Source: Victivallales bacterium (GTDB taxonomy: Bacteria; Verrucomicrobiota; Lentisphaeria; Victivallales; UBA1829). Taken from it: DNA of 64,000 nucleotides. Under the pieces are notes generated by a model. That model did no database searches. It was not told where the DNA came from and saw nothing but the letters and a program-made list of their open reading frames with translations. The DNA lies in NCBI GenBank assembly GCA_045639325.1, contig JAZUCU010000019.1, positions 1 through 64,000 of the forward strand, in the 5' to 3' direction. Shown here piece after piece: positions 51,981 through 60,555 of the stretch (the first letter of the stretch is position 1; each line of letters begins with the position of its first letter). Position numbers and translations under genes: made by a program.

Positions 51981-53306
51981 ATGAAAATTACAATGTTGGG
52001 AGCCGGTTCCGGCTTCGTTCTCACAATCGCAAAAGAATTGCTCACTGACCCGGTATTTGATAATGCCGAATTCATGCTGATGGATGTGGCAGAGGATCGT
52101 CTGGCAGTCGCAGAAAACGCAGTCAAAGAAATTCTGGAAACGGGCAAAAATAAAGTTACCGTTTCCATCACAACCGATTTGAATCGCGCCCTGGATGGTG
52201 CAGATTATGTCATCAGTTCCTGCGAGAAAAACCGTTACGCTTATTGGGCAAAAGATTTCCGTATCGCAGAAAAACATGGTGTTTTCCAGGTGAAAGCGGA
52301 AAACGGCGGTCCCGGCGGTATCATCCACGGTGCAAGAAATATCTGTCTGTATAAAGAAGTGCTCGAAGGCATGGAAAAATACTGCCCCGATGCCTGGTTG
52401 ATGAACTTCTCCAACCCCATGTCCATTCTCTGTACCTACTTCAAAAATTACTTCCCGAAAATCAAAGCTTTGGGCTTCTGCCATCAGGTGCACGGTTCTT
52501 TCGGCTTGATTGCAGAAGAATTGGGCTGGGAACCCGGCGAATTGGAAGTTGTCACTGCCGGTGTCAACCACATGAACTGGCTGTTTGATATCCGTCATCG
52601 CAACTCCGGCAAGAGCTGTATGGAAGAATTCATCACAAAAATGCAGGCTTCCAAATACTGGGAAGAAGTCTACCCCAACATTCCCGAACAGAAATACACC
52701 AAGGAAGTTTACAATGTTTTCGGCATGTATCCCGTGGGATATGACGAACACATTGTGGAATACCTGCCCTTCTTCCAGGATACCAAAGAATGGGATAAAT
52801 GGGGCTTACATTCTCTGGCTGAATTCTACGAAAATCTCACAAAAAATAAATCCAAAACGTTGGAAACTCAGAGACTCCTCGGCAAGAATTATGCCAAACC
52901 GCCCTTCCCCGTCGATCCCGATCACCCGTACTATGCGGAAAATCCCTGCCGCGTCATCACGGCTCTGGAAACCAATACTCCGCTGTACTTTGATGCAATC
53001 AACATCCGCAATAACGGCGCCGTGGATAACCTGCCGGATAATGTGATTCTGGACGTTCCGGCATTGGCAATCGGCGGTCAGGTCCGTTCCATCCACGTGG
53101 GTAAACTCCCTGCCGGTCCCTGCGAACTGTGCCGTCGTCAAACTGTGATCCACGAAATGGTTGCAGAAGCCATTGCGGAAGGCAATGATTCCCTTGCAAT
53201 CCAAGCATTGTGCTTGGATCCCTACGTACCCAGCATCACTCAGGCGAAGAACATCTGGGCAGATTACCGTAAGGAATACGCGGAAGAACTCACAACCTTC
53301 CGTTGA
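51981..53306 (+). CDS. GH4 family NAD+/Mn2+-dependent glycosidase (alpha-glucosidase/galactosidase-like)
   Basis: MKITMLGAGSGF Rossmann start, ENGGPGGIIHGARN, MNFSNPMS, and GFCHQVHG (the GH4 Cys-His motif). Confidence 0.88.
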   Translation: MKITMLGAGSGFVLTIAKELLTDPVFDNAEFMLMDVAEDRLAVAENAVKEILETGKNKVTVSITTDLNRALDGADYVISSCEKNRYAYWAKDFRIAEKHGVFQVKAENGGPGGIIHGARNICLYKEVLEGMEKYCPDAWLMNFSNPMSILCTYFKNYFPKIKALGFCHQVHGSFGLIAEELGWEPGELEVVTAGVNHMNWLFDIRHRNSGKSCMEEFITKMQASKYWEEVYPNIPEQKYTKEVYNVFGMYPVGYDEHIVEYLPFFQDTKEWDKWGLHSLAEFYENLTKNKSKTLETQRLLGKNYAKPPFPVDPDHPYYAENPCRVITALETNTPLYFDAINIRNNGAVDNLPDNVILDVPALAIGGQVRSIHVGKLPAGPCELCRRQTVIHEMVAEAIAEGNDSLAIQALCLDPYVPSITQAKNIWADYRKEYAEELTTFR

Positions 53307-53325
53307 TCCGGCATCTTCCGGACAC

Positions 53326-53359
53326 AAAAAATCCCGCATTTCTGCGGGATTTTTTTTTA
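53326..53359. terminator. bidirectional intrinsic terminator between GH4 and PIG-L genes
   Basis: AAAAA-ATCCCGCA-TTTC-TGCGGGAT-TTTTTTTTT: a perfect 8-bp stem flanked by A- and T-runs, between convergent genes. Confidence 0.75.
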
Positions 53360-53361
53360 CC

Positions 53362-54162
53362 TTAATACGGGAACAATTCCTGGAATTCTTCCGGAGTGAC
53401 CGCTCGGCCGTAAGGGGAATATTCAAATAATTCCGCATATTTTACCGGATGATGATAACGTTTTTCCAGCTGTTCTGCGGCATATTCCGCAATCGTTTTG
53501 AAACGGATACCCCAATGTTCATCCAGGTGCGCACGCTTCTGTTCCCATGTCCAGCCTTCGACAGAAAAATCTTTCATGCCTTTCGTGAACGGCAGCCATT
53601 CGTAAAATTGGGAAACATGACAATCCAGAACGTGGAATTTCTCTTCTATCACCGAATCAATTTCCACTACCGCATCCGGTTGAACCGGCGCAGGTTTCGT
53701 AAAACGGTCGTAAGCATAGGCAAAGACCGGATTCACTTCCGGAATGGGCGTATCCGGGCAATACAGGGGCACCATTAAAAGATATGCCGCATCCTGAATC
53801 AATTGTGCCGTTGCACGATGATCGGCGTGATAATCGCAATTACGATGGGTTATGACCACGTCCGGCTGATAGGCACGGATCATGCGGATGATTTTTTCCC
53901 GATTTTCCAGAGTGACCTCGATCCCGCAGTCGGGAATGTCCATGACCTCATAGGCATCAAGTCCTGCCAGCGCAGCGGATTTCTGCGTTTCTTCGTAACG
54001 GCGTGCCGCAAGCGCTTTGCGTTCCATAGACTGGTGACCGCAATCGCCGTTGCTGACAGATACGAACTTGACATGATGTCCGTTCTTAATCAATTTAAGG
54101 GAAGTCCCGCCCATCATCAAATCCGCATCATCAGGATGTGCACCGAAAAACATATAACGCAT
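53362..54162 (-). CDS. PIG-L/LmbE family N-acetylglucosaminyl deacetylase
   Basis: FGAHPDDADLMMGGT (AHPDD motif) and H..DYHADH. The ATG at 54162 has GGAAGGGGG 6 nt upstream. Confidence 0.85.
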   Translation of the reverse strand: MRYMFFGAHPDDADLMMGGTSLKLIKNGHHVKFVSVSNGDCGHQSMERKALAARRYEETQKSAALAGLDAYEVMDIPDCGIEVTLENREKIIRMIRAYQPDVVITHRNCDYHADHRATAQLIQDAAYLLMVPLYCPDTPIPEVNPVFAYAYDRFTKPAPVQPDAVVEIDSVIEEKFHVLDCHVSQFYEWLPFTKGMKDFSVEGWTWEQKRAHLDEHWGIRFKTIAEYAAEQLEKRYHHPVKYAELFEYSPYGRAVTPEEFQELFPY

Positions 54163-54179
54163 AATCAACCCCCTTCCAT

Positions 54180-55835
54180 TTATTTCAAAAAAAGTAAAAC
54201 TGCCAGTTTGTTTTCTGTTTTAGCCGCCTTGTCCGATAAGGTAAGCGGTTCATTCAACACGATGCCATCCAAGTCGATACGGTAACGGGCAAAATCATCA
54301 CGGGTTCCAATCAATGCCCCGCCGGATTGATTTTTCAATTTTTCAAAATCCGCCCGGTCAGAAAGAATTTTTACCGGCAAAGACGGGTCATCCGTCCGCA
54401 GATACATTTTACATTCCGCCACGGCATCACCGGGGAGAAGATAAATACATTGAGGCGCTTTCATGTCATATTGTTTCTGCAGCAACAGTTTTGTTTGCAT
54501 CAGGAACGGTTTGCGGACAGAGAATGCACCATCGGATGCGGCAGCAGGGAAGATAATCGCATACAAAGCCAACAGGACAAACGCCGTAACCGGAATCACA
54601 CGGTCAGGAACAGGGTCGACGCCGCAGATTTCCGGCAAGGACTTTTTCTGCTTTTTCCGGCGAAGCATGAGAGACTGCCAGATGAAAATCAATACTCCGG
54701 TAAGCGGTGCACCGAAATAAAACACCGCAACAAACCAATTGGGATATGCCATGCCATGAACAAGATAACGGGGTCCCAGCCACATAAAAAGGAATGGCGT
54801 AATCAACAGGATCGCCGCCGCCAAAGGCATCAGGGCATCCATAAGCCGGAACAGTAATTTACTGATCAATTGGGGAATGGTCATTGCGGCTGCAGTCATC
54901 ATCACGCCGCAGAGAATCGCGCAGATTCCTAACAGCGGCAGGGCTGTATTCTTCAGGAAGAATGTGCTGAATGCGGTAATCAGGAACCAGTAAAAAAGCA
55001 AACGGAAATCGTTGCCGACTTTGCGACGTTTGACAATATCAAAAAACGCAAGTACGATGAGCGGCAGCCAGGGTAAGGACATGCCAACAATCCGGGAGAA
55101 GTCCGTAGAAAGGGAAATCCCGAAGTCCGTACAGCGGAAATCGCAGAAATAAGAAAACAGCAGATAACTGCCGATGCCGACAAGCAACCCGGTAAGGTTA
55201 CGCCAGTTATAAAGATTGCATGTTCTTGTATTCAAAGAACAATCAAAAATCATAAACAGAACCGGAACCAATGCGAATATGCCGCCGGAATAAAATGCAA
55301 AGGCTGTCAGGAACCAGAAAAGAATGGAACTGAGACAGGTGATTTTTTCGCGGGAATAAAGATAAATCGCAGTCGTCCAGAGAGTCAAGGCACAAAGAGT
55401 CATTTCAGCCGTAACCATCCTGCCGGCGGAAAGGAATCCGGTCAAAGTCAAACAGAACCAGCCGGATGCAATGGCCGCGGAACGCCCCGCAAGTTTATGG
55501 GCAATGGTAATAACTGCGCCAAGAACAAACAACGCACCCATTGCGGCAGGCATCCGGGCAGTCGTCTCCGTGACAAATCGGACCGGAGAGGAAAAAAGCC
55601 AGATAAGACGGACAAGGAACCGGTTCTTCTCCGGCATGATGTCAGGATTCAACATGTAATCCTGCGCCGCAACAGCGGCTGTACATTCGAGGGGAGAAAA
55701 CGCTCCGGTTCCCAAATTCCAGAACAACAGGAGAACCGCTGCTCCCCAGAGGAAAAGCCATTGTTTATGACGGCTGATTCCGGCAAGCAGCGTTCTGTTG
55801 CAATCGTTAAAACGCAGAATCGTAAAGTCTGCCAT
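54180..55835 (-). CDS. polytopic GT-C-fold glycosyltransferase (ArnT/PMT_2-like)
   Basis: 551 aa with 12 or more hydrophobic helices. The first-loop acidic motif SPLECTAAVAAQDYM sits where PMT_2/ArnT enzymes have DE..ya..a..M. C-terminal soluble domain. Confidence 0.55.
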   Translation of the reverse strand: MADFTILRFNDCNRTLLAGISRHKQWLFLWGAAVLLLFWNLGTGAFSPLECTAAVAAQDYMLNPDIMPEKNRFLVRLIWLFSSPVRFVTETTARMPAAMGALFVLGAVITIAHKLAGRSAAIASGWFCLTLTGFLSAGRMVTAEMTLCALTLWTTAIYLYSREKITCLSSILFWFLTAFAFYSGGIFALVPVLFMIFDCSLNTRTCNLYNWRNLTGLLVGIGSYLLFSYFCDFRCTDFGISLSTDFSRIVGMSLPWLPLIVLAFFDIVKRRKVGNDFRLLFYWFLITAFSTFFLKNTALPLLGICAILCGVMMTAAAMTIPQLISKLLFRLMDALMPLAAAILLITPFLFMWLGPRYLVHGMAYPNWFVAVFYFGAPLTGVLIFIWQSLMLRRKKQKKSLPEICGVDPVPDRVIPVTAFVLLALYAIIFPAAASDGAFSVRKPFLMQTKLLLQKQYDMKAPQCIYLLPGDAVAECKMYLRTDDPSLPVKILSDRADFEKLKNQSGGALIGTRDDFARYRIDLDGIVLNEPLTLSDKAAKTENKLAVLLFLK

Positions 55836-55844
55836 AATAACGAA

Positions 55845-56873
55845 TTAGAGCAAACCTTCCGTTTCCGGGAGACCGAAACGGATATTCATGCACTGAACAG
55901 CCTGACCGGATGCACCTTTTGTCAGATTGTCGATGCAGCTGAAAAGGATCACTTTATTGGTGTGTTTATCGTAAACGCAGCCGATTTCGCACACGTTGGT
56001 GAAGGTGACATGTTTTGTATCGGGCAATTTACCGATGCCGAGATAACGTACAAATGCTTCGTTATCATAAGCATCACGGAATGCCTGATCGGCAGCTTCG
56101 GGAGTGAATTTATCGGTAGGATTCAGATAAATGGTGGAATTGATACCGCGGTTGACGGGGATCAGGTGGGGAACAAAGTTGATGTTCAAGGATTCCACGC
56201 CAGCTGCAACAGCCAATTCCTGTTCGATTTCCGGGAGGTGACGATGTCCGGTGGGAGCATAAGCGCGAACGCTTTCGTTACATTCCGGGAAGATGTAGGG
56301 CAGATCAACTTTACGACCGGCACCGGTGACGCCGCTCAAACTGGAAGCGATGATGCCTTCGGTAGAAACCAGACCGGCATTGAGCAGAACTGTTGTGGGC
56401 AGGAGGATACTGGTGACATAGCAGCCGGGGCATGCAACAAGATTTGTCTTACGGATGTCTTCGCGATAACGTTCGGGGAGACCGTAGACAGCATCTTTGA
56501 GCAGTTCGGGTGCGGGATGATCCACTTTGTAATACTGTTTGTATTTATCAAGAGAGCGGAGACGGAAGTCAGCACTGATGTCAAAAACCGGAATACCGCC
56601 CTTCATCAAAGGAGCAGCATATTCAGCAGCGAGGCCGTGAGGAAGAGCCAGGAAAGCAGCATCGCAGGTAGCGAGGATCTCATTGACATCAGGGTTTGAG
56701 AACTTGAGACCGAGTCCGGCGAGACGGGGGAAGATTTCAGAAATATCTTTACCGGCATTCTGTCTGGAGGTAATGACCTTGATCTCAACGGAAGGATGAC
56801 GGGAAAGGATACGGAGTAATTCTTCACCGGCATAACCGGCAGCGCCAACGATAGCAATACGGATCTTTTTCAT
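55845..56873 (-). CDS. argC: N-acetyl-gamma-glutamyl-phosphate reductase
   Basis: IAIVGAAGYAGEELLRIL and the PGCY active-site Cys region. Start at the ATG at 56873 (MKKIRIAIVG). Confidence 0.93.
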   Translation of the reverse strand: MKKIRIAIVGAAGYAGEELLRILSRHPSVEIKVITSRQNAGKDISEIFPRLAGLGLKFSNPDVNEILATCDAAFLALPHGLAAEYAAPLMKGGIPVFDISADFRLRSLDKYKQYYKVDHPAPELLKDAVYGLPERYREDIRKTNLVACPGCYVTSILLPTTVLLNAGLVSTEGIIASSLSGVTGAGRKVDLPYIFPECNESVRAYAPTGHRHLPEIEQELAVAAGVESLNINFVPHLIPVNRGINSTIYLNPTDKFTPEAADQAFRDAYDNEAFVRYLGIGKLPDTKHVTFTNVCEIGCVYDKHTNKVILFSCIDNLTKGASGQAVQCMNIRFGLPETEGLL

Positions 56874-56898
56874 AATATACATACCTTTCAATAGTGGC

Positions 56899-57053
56899 AA
56901 TTTCAAAAGTCTTCAAAAATGTCTGAAAACTCTTGTTGAGTTCTGAAAATGGAGCGTTTTCGATGGTTATTCTACGAATAGCCATACTCAAACTACCATT
57001 TCCATCTTCTCAACAATCTTTTTTCAGTCAAATTTTGCCGGACTTTTGAAATT
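56899..57053. repeat. 155-nt imperfect palindrome (long hairpin / MITE-like) upstream of argC
   Basis: Perfect 13-nt termini AATTTCAAAAGTC ... GACTTTTGAAATT. Arms are similar over about 45 nt (CTGAAAA and TTGTTGAG blocks mirrored). Central 10-bp hairpin ATGGTTATTC-TAC-GAATAGCCAT. Confidence 0.75.
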
Positions 57054-57055
57054 AC
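57029..57055 (-). repeat. 27-nt motif GTAATTTCAAAAGTCCGGCAAAATTTG (copy 2, argC upstream)
   Basis: Forms the rpsI-proximal arm of the 155-nt palindrome. Has the same orientation relative to the downstream gene as copy 1. Confidence 0.8.
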
Positions 57056-57061
57056 CCCGAT

Positions 57062-57097
57062 AAATAAAAAAACCGGAGCCATAAAAAACTCCGGTTT
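57062..57097 (-). terminator. intrinsic terminator after rpsI
   Basis: Minus strand AAACCGGAG-TTTTTTATGG-CTCCGGTTT followed by TTTTATTT. Confidence 0.7.
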
Positions 57098-57119
57098 GAT
57101 AAGTAAACGCAAAAAGAGA

Positions 57120-57515
57120 TTAGCGTTTGGAGAACTGGAAGCGTTTTCTTGCGCCCGGCTGACCAGATTTCTTACGTTCTTTTTCTCTGGGATCGCGGGT
57201 AAGCATACCGCTGTTCTTCAAGACTTTTCTCAGGTCTTCGTCAACTTTGACCAATGCACGGGAGATACCGTGGCGGAGAGCGCCAGCCTGACCGGATTTA
57301 CCGCCGCCGGAGAGAACAGCGCAGACATCGTACTGGCCGTTTGTACCGGTTACGTTAAGGGGCTGGAGGATGAAACCGCGGAGGGCTTCAACTTCAAAGT
57401 ACTGTTCAAATTCAACGCCGTTGACTTTGATTTTGCCGGAACCACTGCAGATCCGGACGCGGGCGGTTGCAGTTTTACGGCGACCGGTTGCGTAGATTTC
57501 ATTGGAATTGCTCAT
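57120..57515 (-). CDS. rpsI: 30S ribosomal protein S9
   Basis: [13 protein letters not shown] and C-terminal [11 protein letters not shown]. The ATG at 57515 has GGAGAG upstream. Confidence 0.93.
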   Translation of the reverse strand: MSNSNEIYATGRRKTATARVRICSGSGKIKVNGVEFEQYFEVEALRGFILQPLNVTGTNGQYDVCAVLSGGGKSGQAGALRHGISRALVKVDEDLRKVLKNSGMLTRDPREKERKKSGQPGARKRFQFSKR

Positions 57516-57529
57516 GATGATGCTCTCCA

Positions 57530-57955
57530 TTACTTCACGATTTCAGGGTTCTGAGCGGCATGCGGATGTTCAGCACCGGCATAAACTTTGAGTTTGCGGT
57601 ACTGAGCGCGGCCGAGACGACCTTTGGGAATCATGCCCCAAACAGCTTCACGGATCAGACGGTCTGCATGTTTTGCACGCATTTCAGCTGCTGTTTCAGA
57701 TTTCTGACCGCTGCGGTAGCCTGTCCAACGGAGGTAAACTTTACCGTTTTCTTTGTTACCGGTGAGGAGGACTTTATCCGCATTGATCACGATGACGAAA
57801 GCACCGGTATCAACATGAGGAGTATAGGTAGGACGATCTTTTCCACGAAGCGCGTTGGTGATTTTCACCGCCAGACGGCCCAGGGGCTGGTTTGCAGCGT
57901 CGAACACAACATATTTGCGATCGATTTCGCCGACTTTTGCCAGATAAGTTTTCAT
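57530..57955 (-). CDS. rplM: 50S ribosomal protein L13
   Basis: [26 protein letters not shown] is diagnostic. rplM-rpsI order is conserved. Confidence 0.95.
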   Translation of the reverse strand: MKTYLAKVGEIDRKYVVFDAANQPLGRLAVKITNALRGKDRPTYTPHVDTGAFVIVINADKVLLTGNKENGKVYLRWTGYRSGQKSETAAEMRAKHADRLIREAVWGMIPKGRLGRAQYRKLKVYAGAEHPHAAQNPEIVK

Positions 57956-58136
57956 AGTTTGGATTGCTCCGATTACAGATTTTTTTAATCACTGAAAAAC
58001 GAATTGCGACTCCTGAAAACTGCCAGATTTCCATTTGTCTTTCCCCGGACGCACTCGGGAATACATCCGTGAATTCATATAATTTATCACATCTTTTTCA
58101 AAATGCAAACTTTTTTTAAACTTTTTTTGATTTTTT

Positions 58137-59525
58137 TCAGACTTTAACCTGAATATATTTCCCGCTGCTATCCGGAGACTTGAGTTTTTTCAGAATGGAA
58201 TACAACACAATCGCATTCACAATCGTACACAATGTCCAGGATATCGGATAGGAATACAGCAACACCTCAAGTTTCGGCTCCGCCATCCGGCGGAACACAA
58301 ATTCCAGCCAGAGGATACGGAACAATGCGGCAAAACACAAAGTGGTAAGAGTCGGCAGAACCGTGTAACCCAATCCGCGCAAAGCCCCGTTATAAGCATC
58401 CATAGATGCCAGAGTAAAATAGGTAAAGAACAGAATCTTCAAGCGGAGCATGCCCCACGCCACCACCTGCGGATCACTGTTGAACATCCGGATCAGCGGC
58501 TCACCGAAAATCAAAATAATCATAGAAACAACAAATACGGAAAGGCAGGACATAAAAAGGGTATCCCGCACGCTTGCACGCACCCGGTCATACTGCTTTC
58601 CGCCGTAATTCTGTCCGACGAAAGCAATTGCGGTGTGATGAAAACCGTAAATGATAGAGTAACACAACCATTCGAGGGTCAACACCGCAGTATTTCCGGC
58701 GGTACATGCGGCACCGAAATAATTGATCCCGCCCTGCATCAACATATTGGAAAGCGCAAAACATCCACTCTGAATACCGGCAGGAAAACCGATGTAAAGA
58801 ATCTTCCACAAAAGCGGGAAATCGATCCGGATATTACGAAGCACCAGGCGACTGGAGCCATGAGAATTCATCAAGGCCCGGATCACCAGCCATGCGCTGA
58901 TGATTTGCGAAATAACCGTTGCAACTGCGACACCCGCCACATCCATTTTGCATACAACAACAAAGAACAGATTCAAAAACACGTTTACCACACCGGCAAT
59001 CGTCAGATAATAGAGTGGACGGCGGGTATCACCGACTGCCCGGAGAATAGCACAACCGAAGTTATAAACCATGAGAGAGGGGAATCCGGCGATGATAATC
59101 ATAAGATACACCTTTGCCCGGGTAAAAATCTCGACAGGCACATCGGTAATCCGGAGTGTCCAATCACAAAGCAAAAATCCGGTAAGCATCATAACAATTC
59201 CAAGGATGATCGCGATGGCGATGGATGTATGAGTTGTCCGGATCGTATTGCGATTGTCTTTTGCGCCGAAGTATTGAGCAACAAGCACATTAACACCAAT
59301 CGAAACGCCCATGAACACATTCACCATCATACTGCAAATAGCAGCTGTGGCACCGATTGCGCCCATGGATTGATAGGAAGCAAACCGGCCGATCACCACC
59401 AGGTCAGCGGCATGAAACAACTGCTGCAGAACAGTGGTAAGAATCAACGGGATTGCGAAAGCAATGATTTTGCTCATCAACGGACCTTGACACATATCCA
59501 TTTTATTACGTTGAACAAGAGCCAT
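58137..59525 (-). CDS. MATE family efflux transporter
   Basis: 12-TM protein with N-terminus GPLMSKIIAFAIPLILTTVLQQLFHAADLVVIG, typical of the MATE/NorM family. The start is uncertain (ATG at 59525 versus TTG at 59540). Confidence 0.85.
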   Translation of the reverse strand: MALVQRNKMDMCQGPLMSKIIAFAIPLILTTVLQQLFHAADLVVIGRFASYQSMGAIGATAAICSMMVNVFMGVSIGVNVLVAQYFGAKDNRNTIRTTHTSIAIAIILGIVMMLTGFLLCDWTLRITDVPVEIFTRAKVYLMIIIAGFPSLMVYNFGCAILRAVGDTRRPLYYLTIAGVVNVFLNLFFVVVCKMDVAGVAVATVISQIISAWLVIRALMNSHGSSRLVLRNIRIDFPLLWKILYIGFPAGIQSGCFALSNMLMQGGINYFGAACTAGNTAVLTLEWLCYSIIYGFHHTAIAFVGQNYGGKQYDRVRASVRDTLFMSCLSVFVVSMIILIFGEPLIRMFNSDPQVVAWGMLRLKILFFTYFTLASMDAYNGALRGLGYTVLPTLTTLCFAALFRILWLEFVFRRMAEPKLEVLLYSYPISWTLCTIVNAIVLYSILKKLKSPDSSGKYIQVKV

Positions 59526-59582
59526 GGGAATATGATCCAACCTTCCTTGATTTGTGGGAATAAAAAAATAGAGTGAACAAAT

Positions 59583-59611
59583 ACTATATCCCGTAAAAAA
59601 GAAAAATGCAA
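59583..59611 (-). promoter_or_regulatory. putative promoter of MATE transporter gene
   Basis: Minus strand TTGCAT-N17-TATAGT. Confidence 0.45.
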
Positions 59612-59675
59612 ATACAAAAAGAAGTTATTTTCCGGATTATTTTCTCTTTTTTCCAAAATTTCTTTCTTTTTTGAT

Positions 59676-59704
59676 TTGCACTTATACCGTTTATGAAGTA
59701 TATT
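59676..59704 (+). promoter_or_regulatory. putative promoter of ymdB-nadC-rhomboid-lolED
   Basis: TTGCAC-N17-TATATT. Confidence 0.45.
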
Positions 59705-59743
59705 GACATGTTATATTATAGAATAGGAAATACAGGAGAAATT

Positions 59744-60553
59744 ATGGCTGGACCGGTTTTGAATCTTCTTTTTTTCGGAGACGTAGTAGGTAAAGGCGGG
59801 AGACGCGCAGTAGCGGCAATCACACCGCAGCTGCGTCAGAAATACAATTGTCAGTTCGTGATTGCCAATGCAGAAAACAGTGCATGCGGCGCCGGGTTGA
59901 CGCAATCCAGTTTGAAGGAAATGCCCGGCGTGGATGTATACACAGCAGGTGACCACGTATGGGACAGAAAAGAATTTGAACAGGAAATCAACGGAATTAA
60001 AAATGTCATCCGCCCTGCAAACCTGGCAAAATGTCAGCCCGGCAAAGGCTGGGATTATTTCCGTAATCCGGTGGGCGGCGATGTTGCCGTGATCTCCCTC
60101 ATGGGAAAAGTCTTCATGAAAGACAGCGCCTATTGTCCGTTCGAAACCGTGGAAGAAATTCTCAAGCAGATTCCGATTACAGTCAAATGCATCATCGTGG
60201 ACTTTCATGCGGAAGCGACCAGTGAAAAGCTGGCGATGGCGCATTTTCTCAATGGCAAAGTGACCGCCGTTCTTGGCACACATACCCATGTTCAAACCGC
60301 AGACGCACGGATCCTTTCCGGCGGCACGGCTGCAATTACCGATGTAGGTATGGTCGGCGGCAATGAAAGTATTCTCGGCCGGAGCTGCGAAGATGTCTTG
60401 CGCAAATTCCGCACCGGGATGCCCTGCAAACTTGCAGTGGTGGAAGAAAACATCCGCTGTGATGCGGTTGTGGTAAGTTATGAAATGAATACAGGAAAAG
60501 CGGTATCGATTACGCCGCTTTCCATAATGTTTGACCCTGATAAGGAGATTTGA
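59744..60553 (+). CDS. YmdB-like metallophosphoesterase (TIGR00282 family)
   Basis: LLFFGDVVGKGGRRAV, IANAENSACGAGLT, DFHAEATSEK, GTHTHVQTAD. Confidence 0.85.
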   Translation: MAGPVLNLLFFGDVVGKGGRRAVAAITPQLRQKYNCQFVIANAENSACGAGLTQSSLKEMPGVDVYTAGDHVWDRKEFEQEINGIKNVIRPANLAKCQPGKGWDYFRNPVGGDVAVISLMGKVFMKDSAYCPFETVEEILKQIPITVKCIIVDFHAEATSEKLAMAHFLNGKVTAVLGTHTHVQTADARILSGGTAAITDVGMVGGNESILGRSCEDVLRKFRTGMPCKLAVVEENIRCDAVVVSYEMNTGKAVSITPLSIMFDPDKEI

Positions 60554-60555
60554 AA

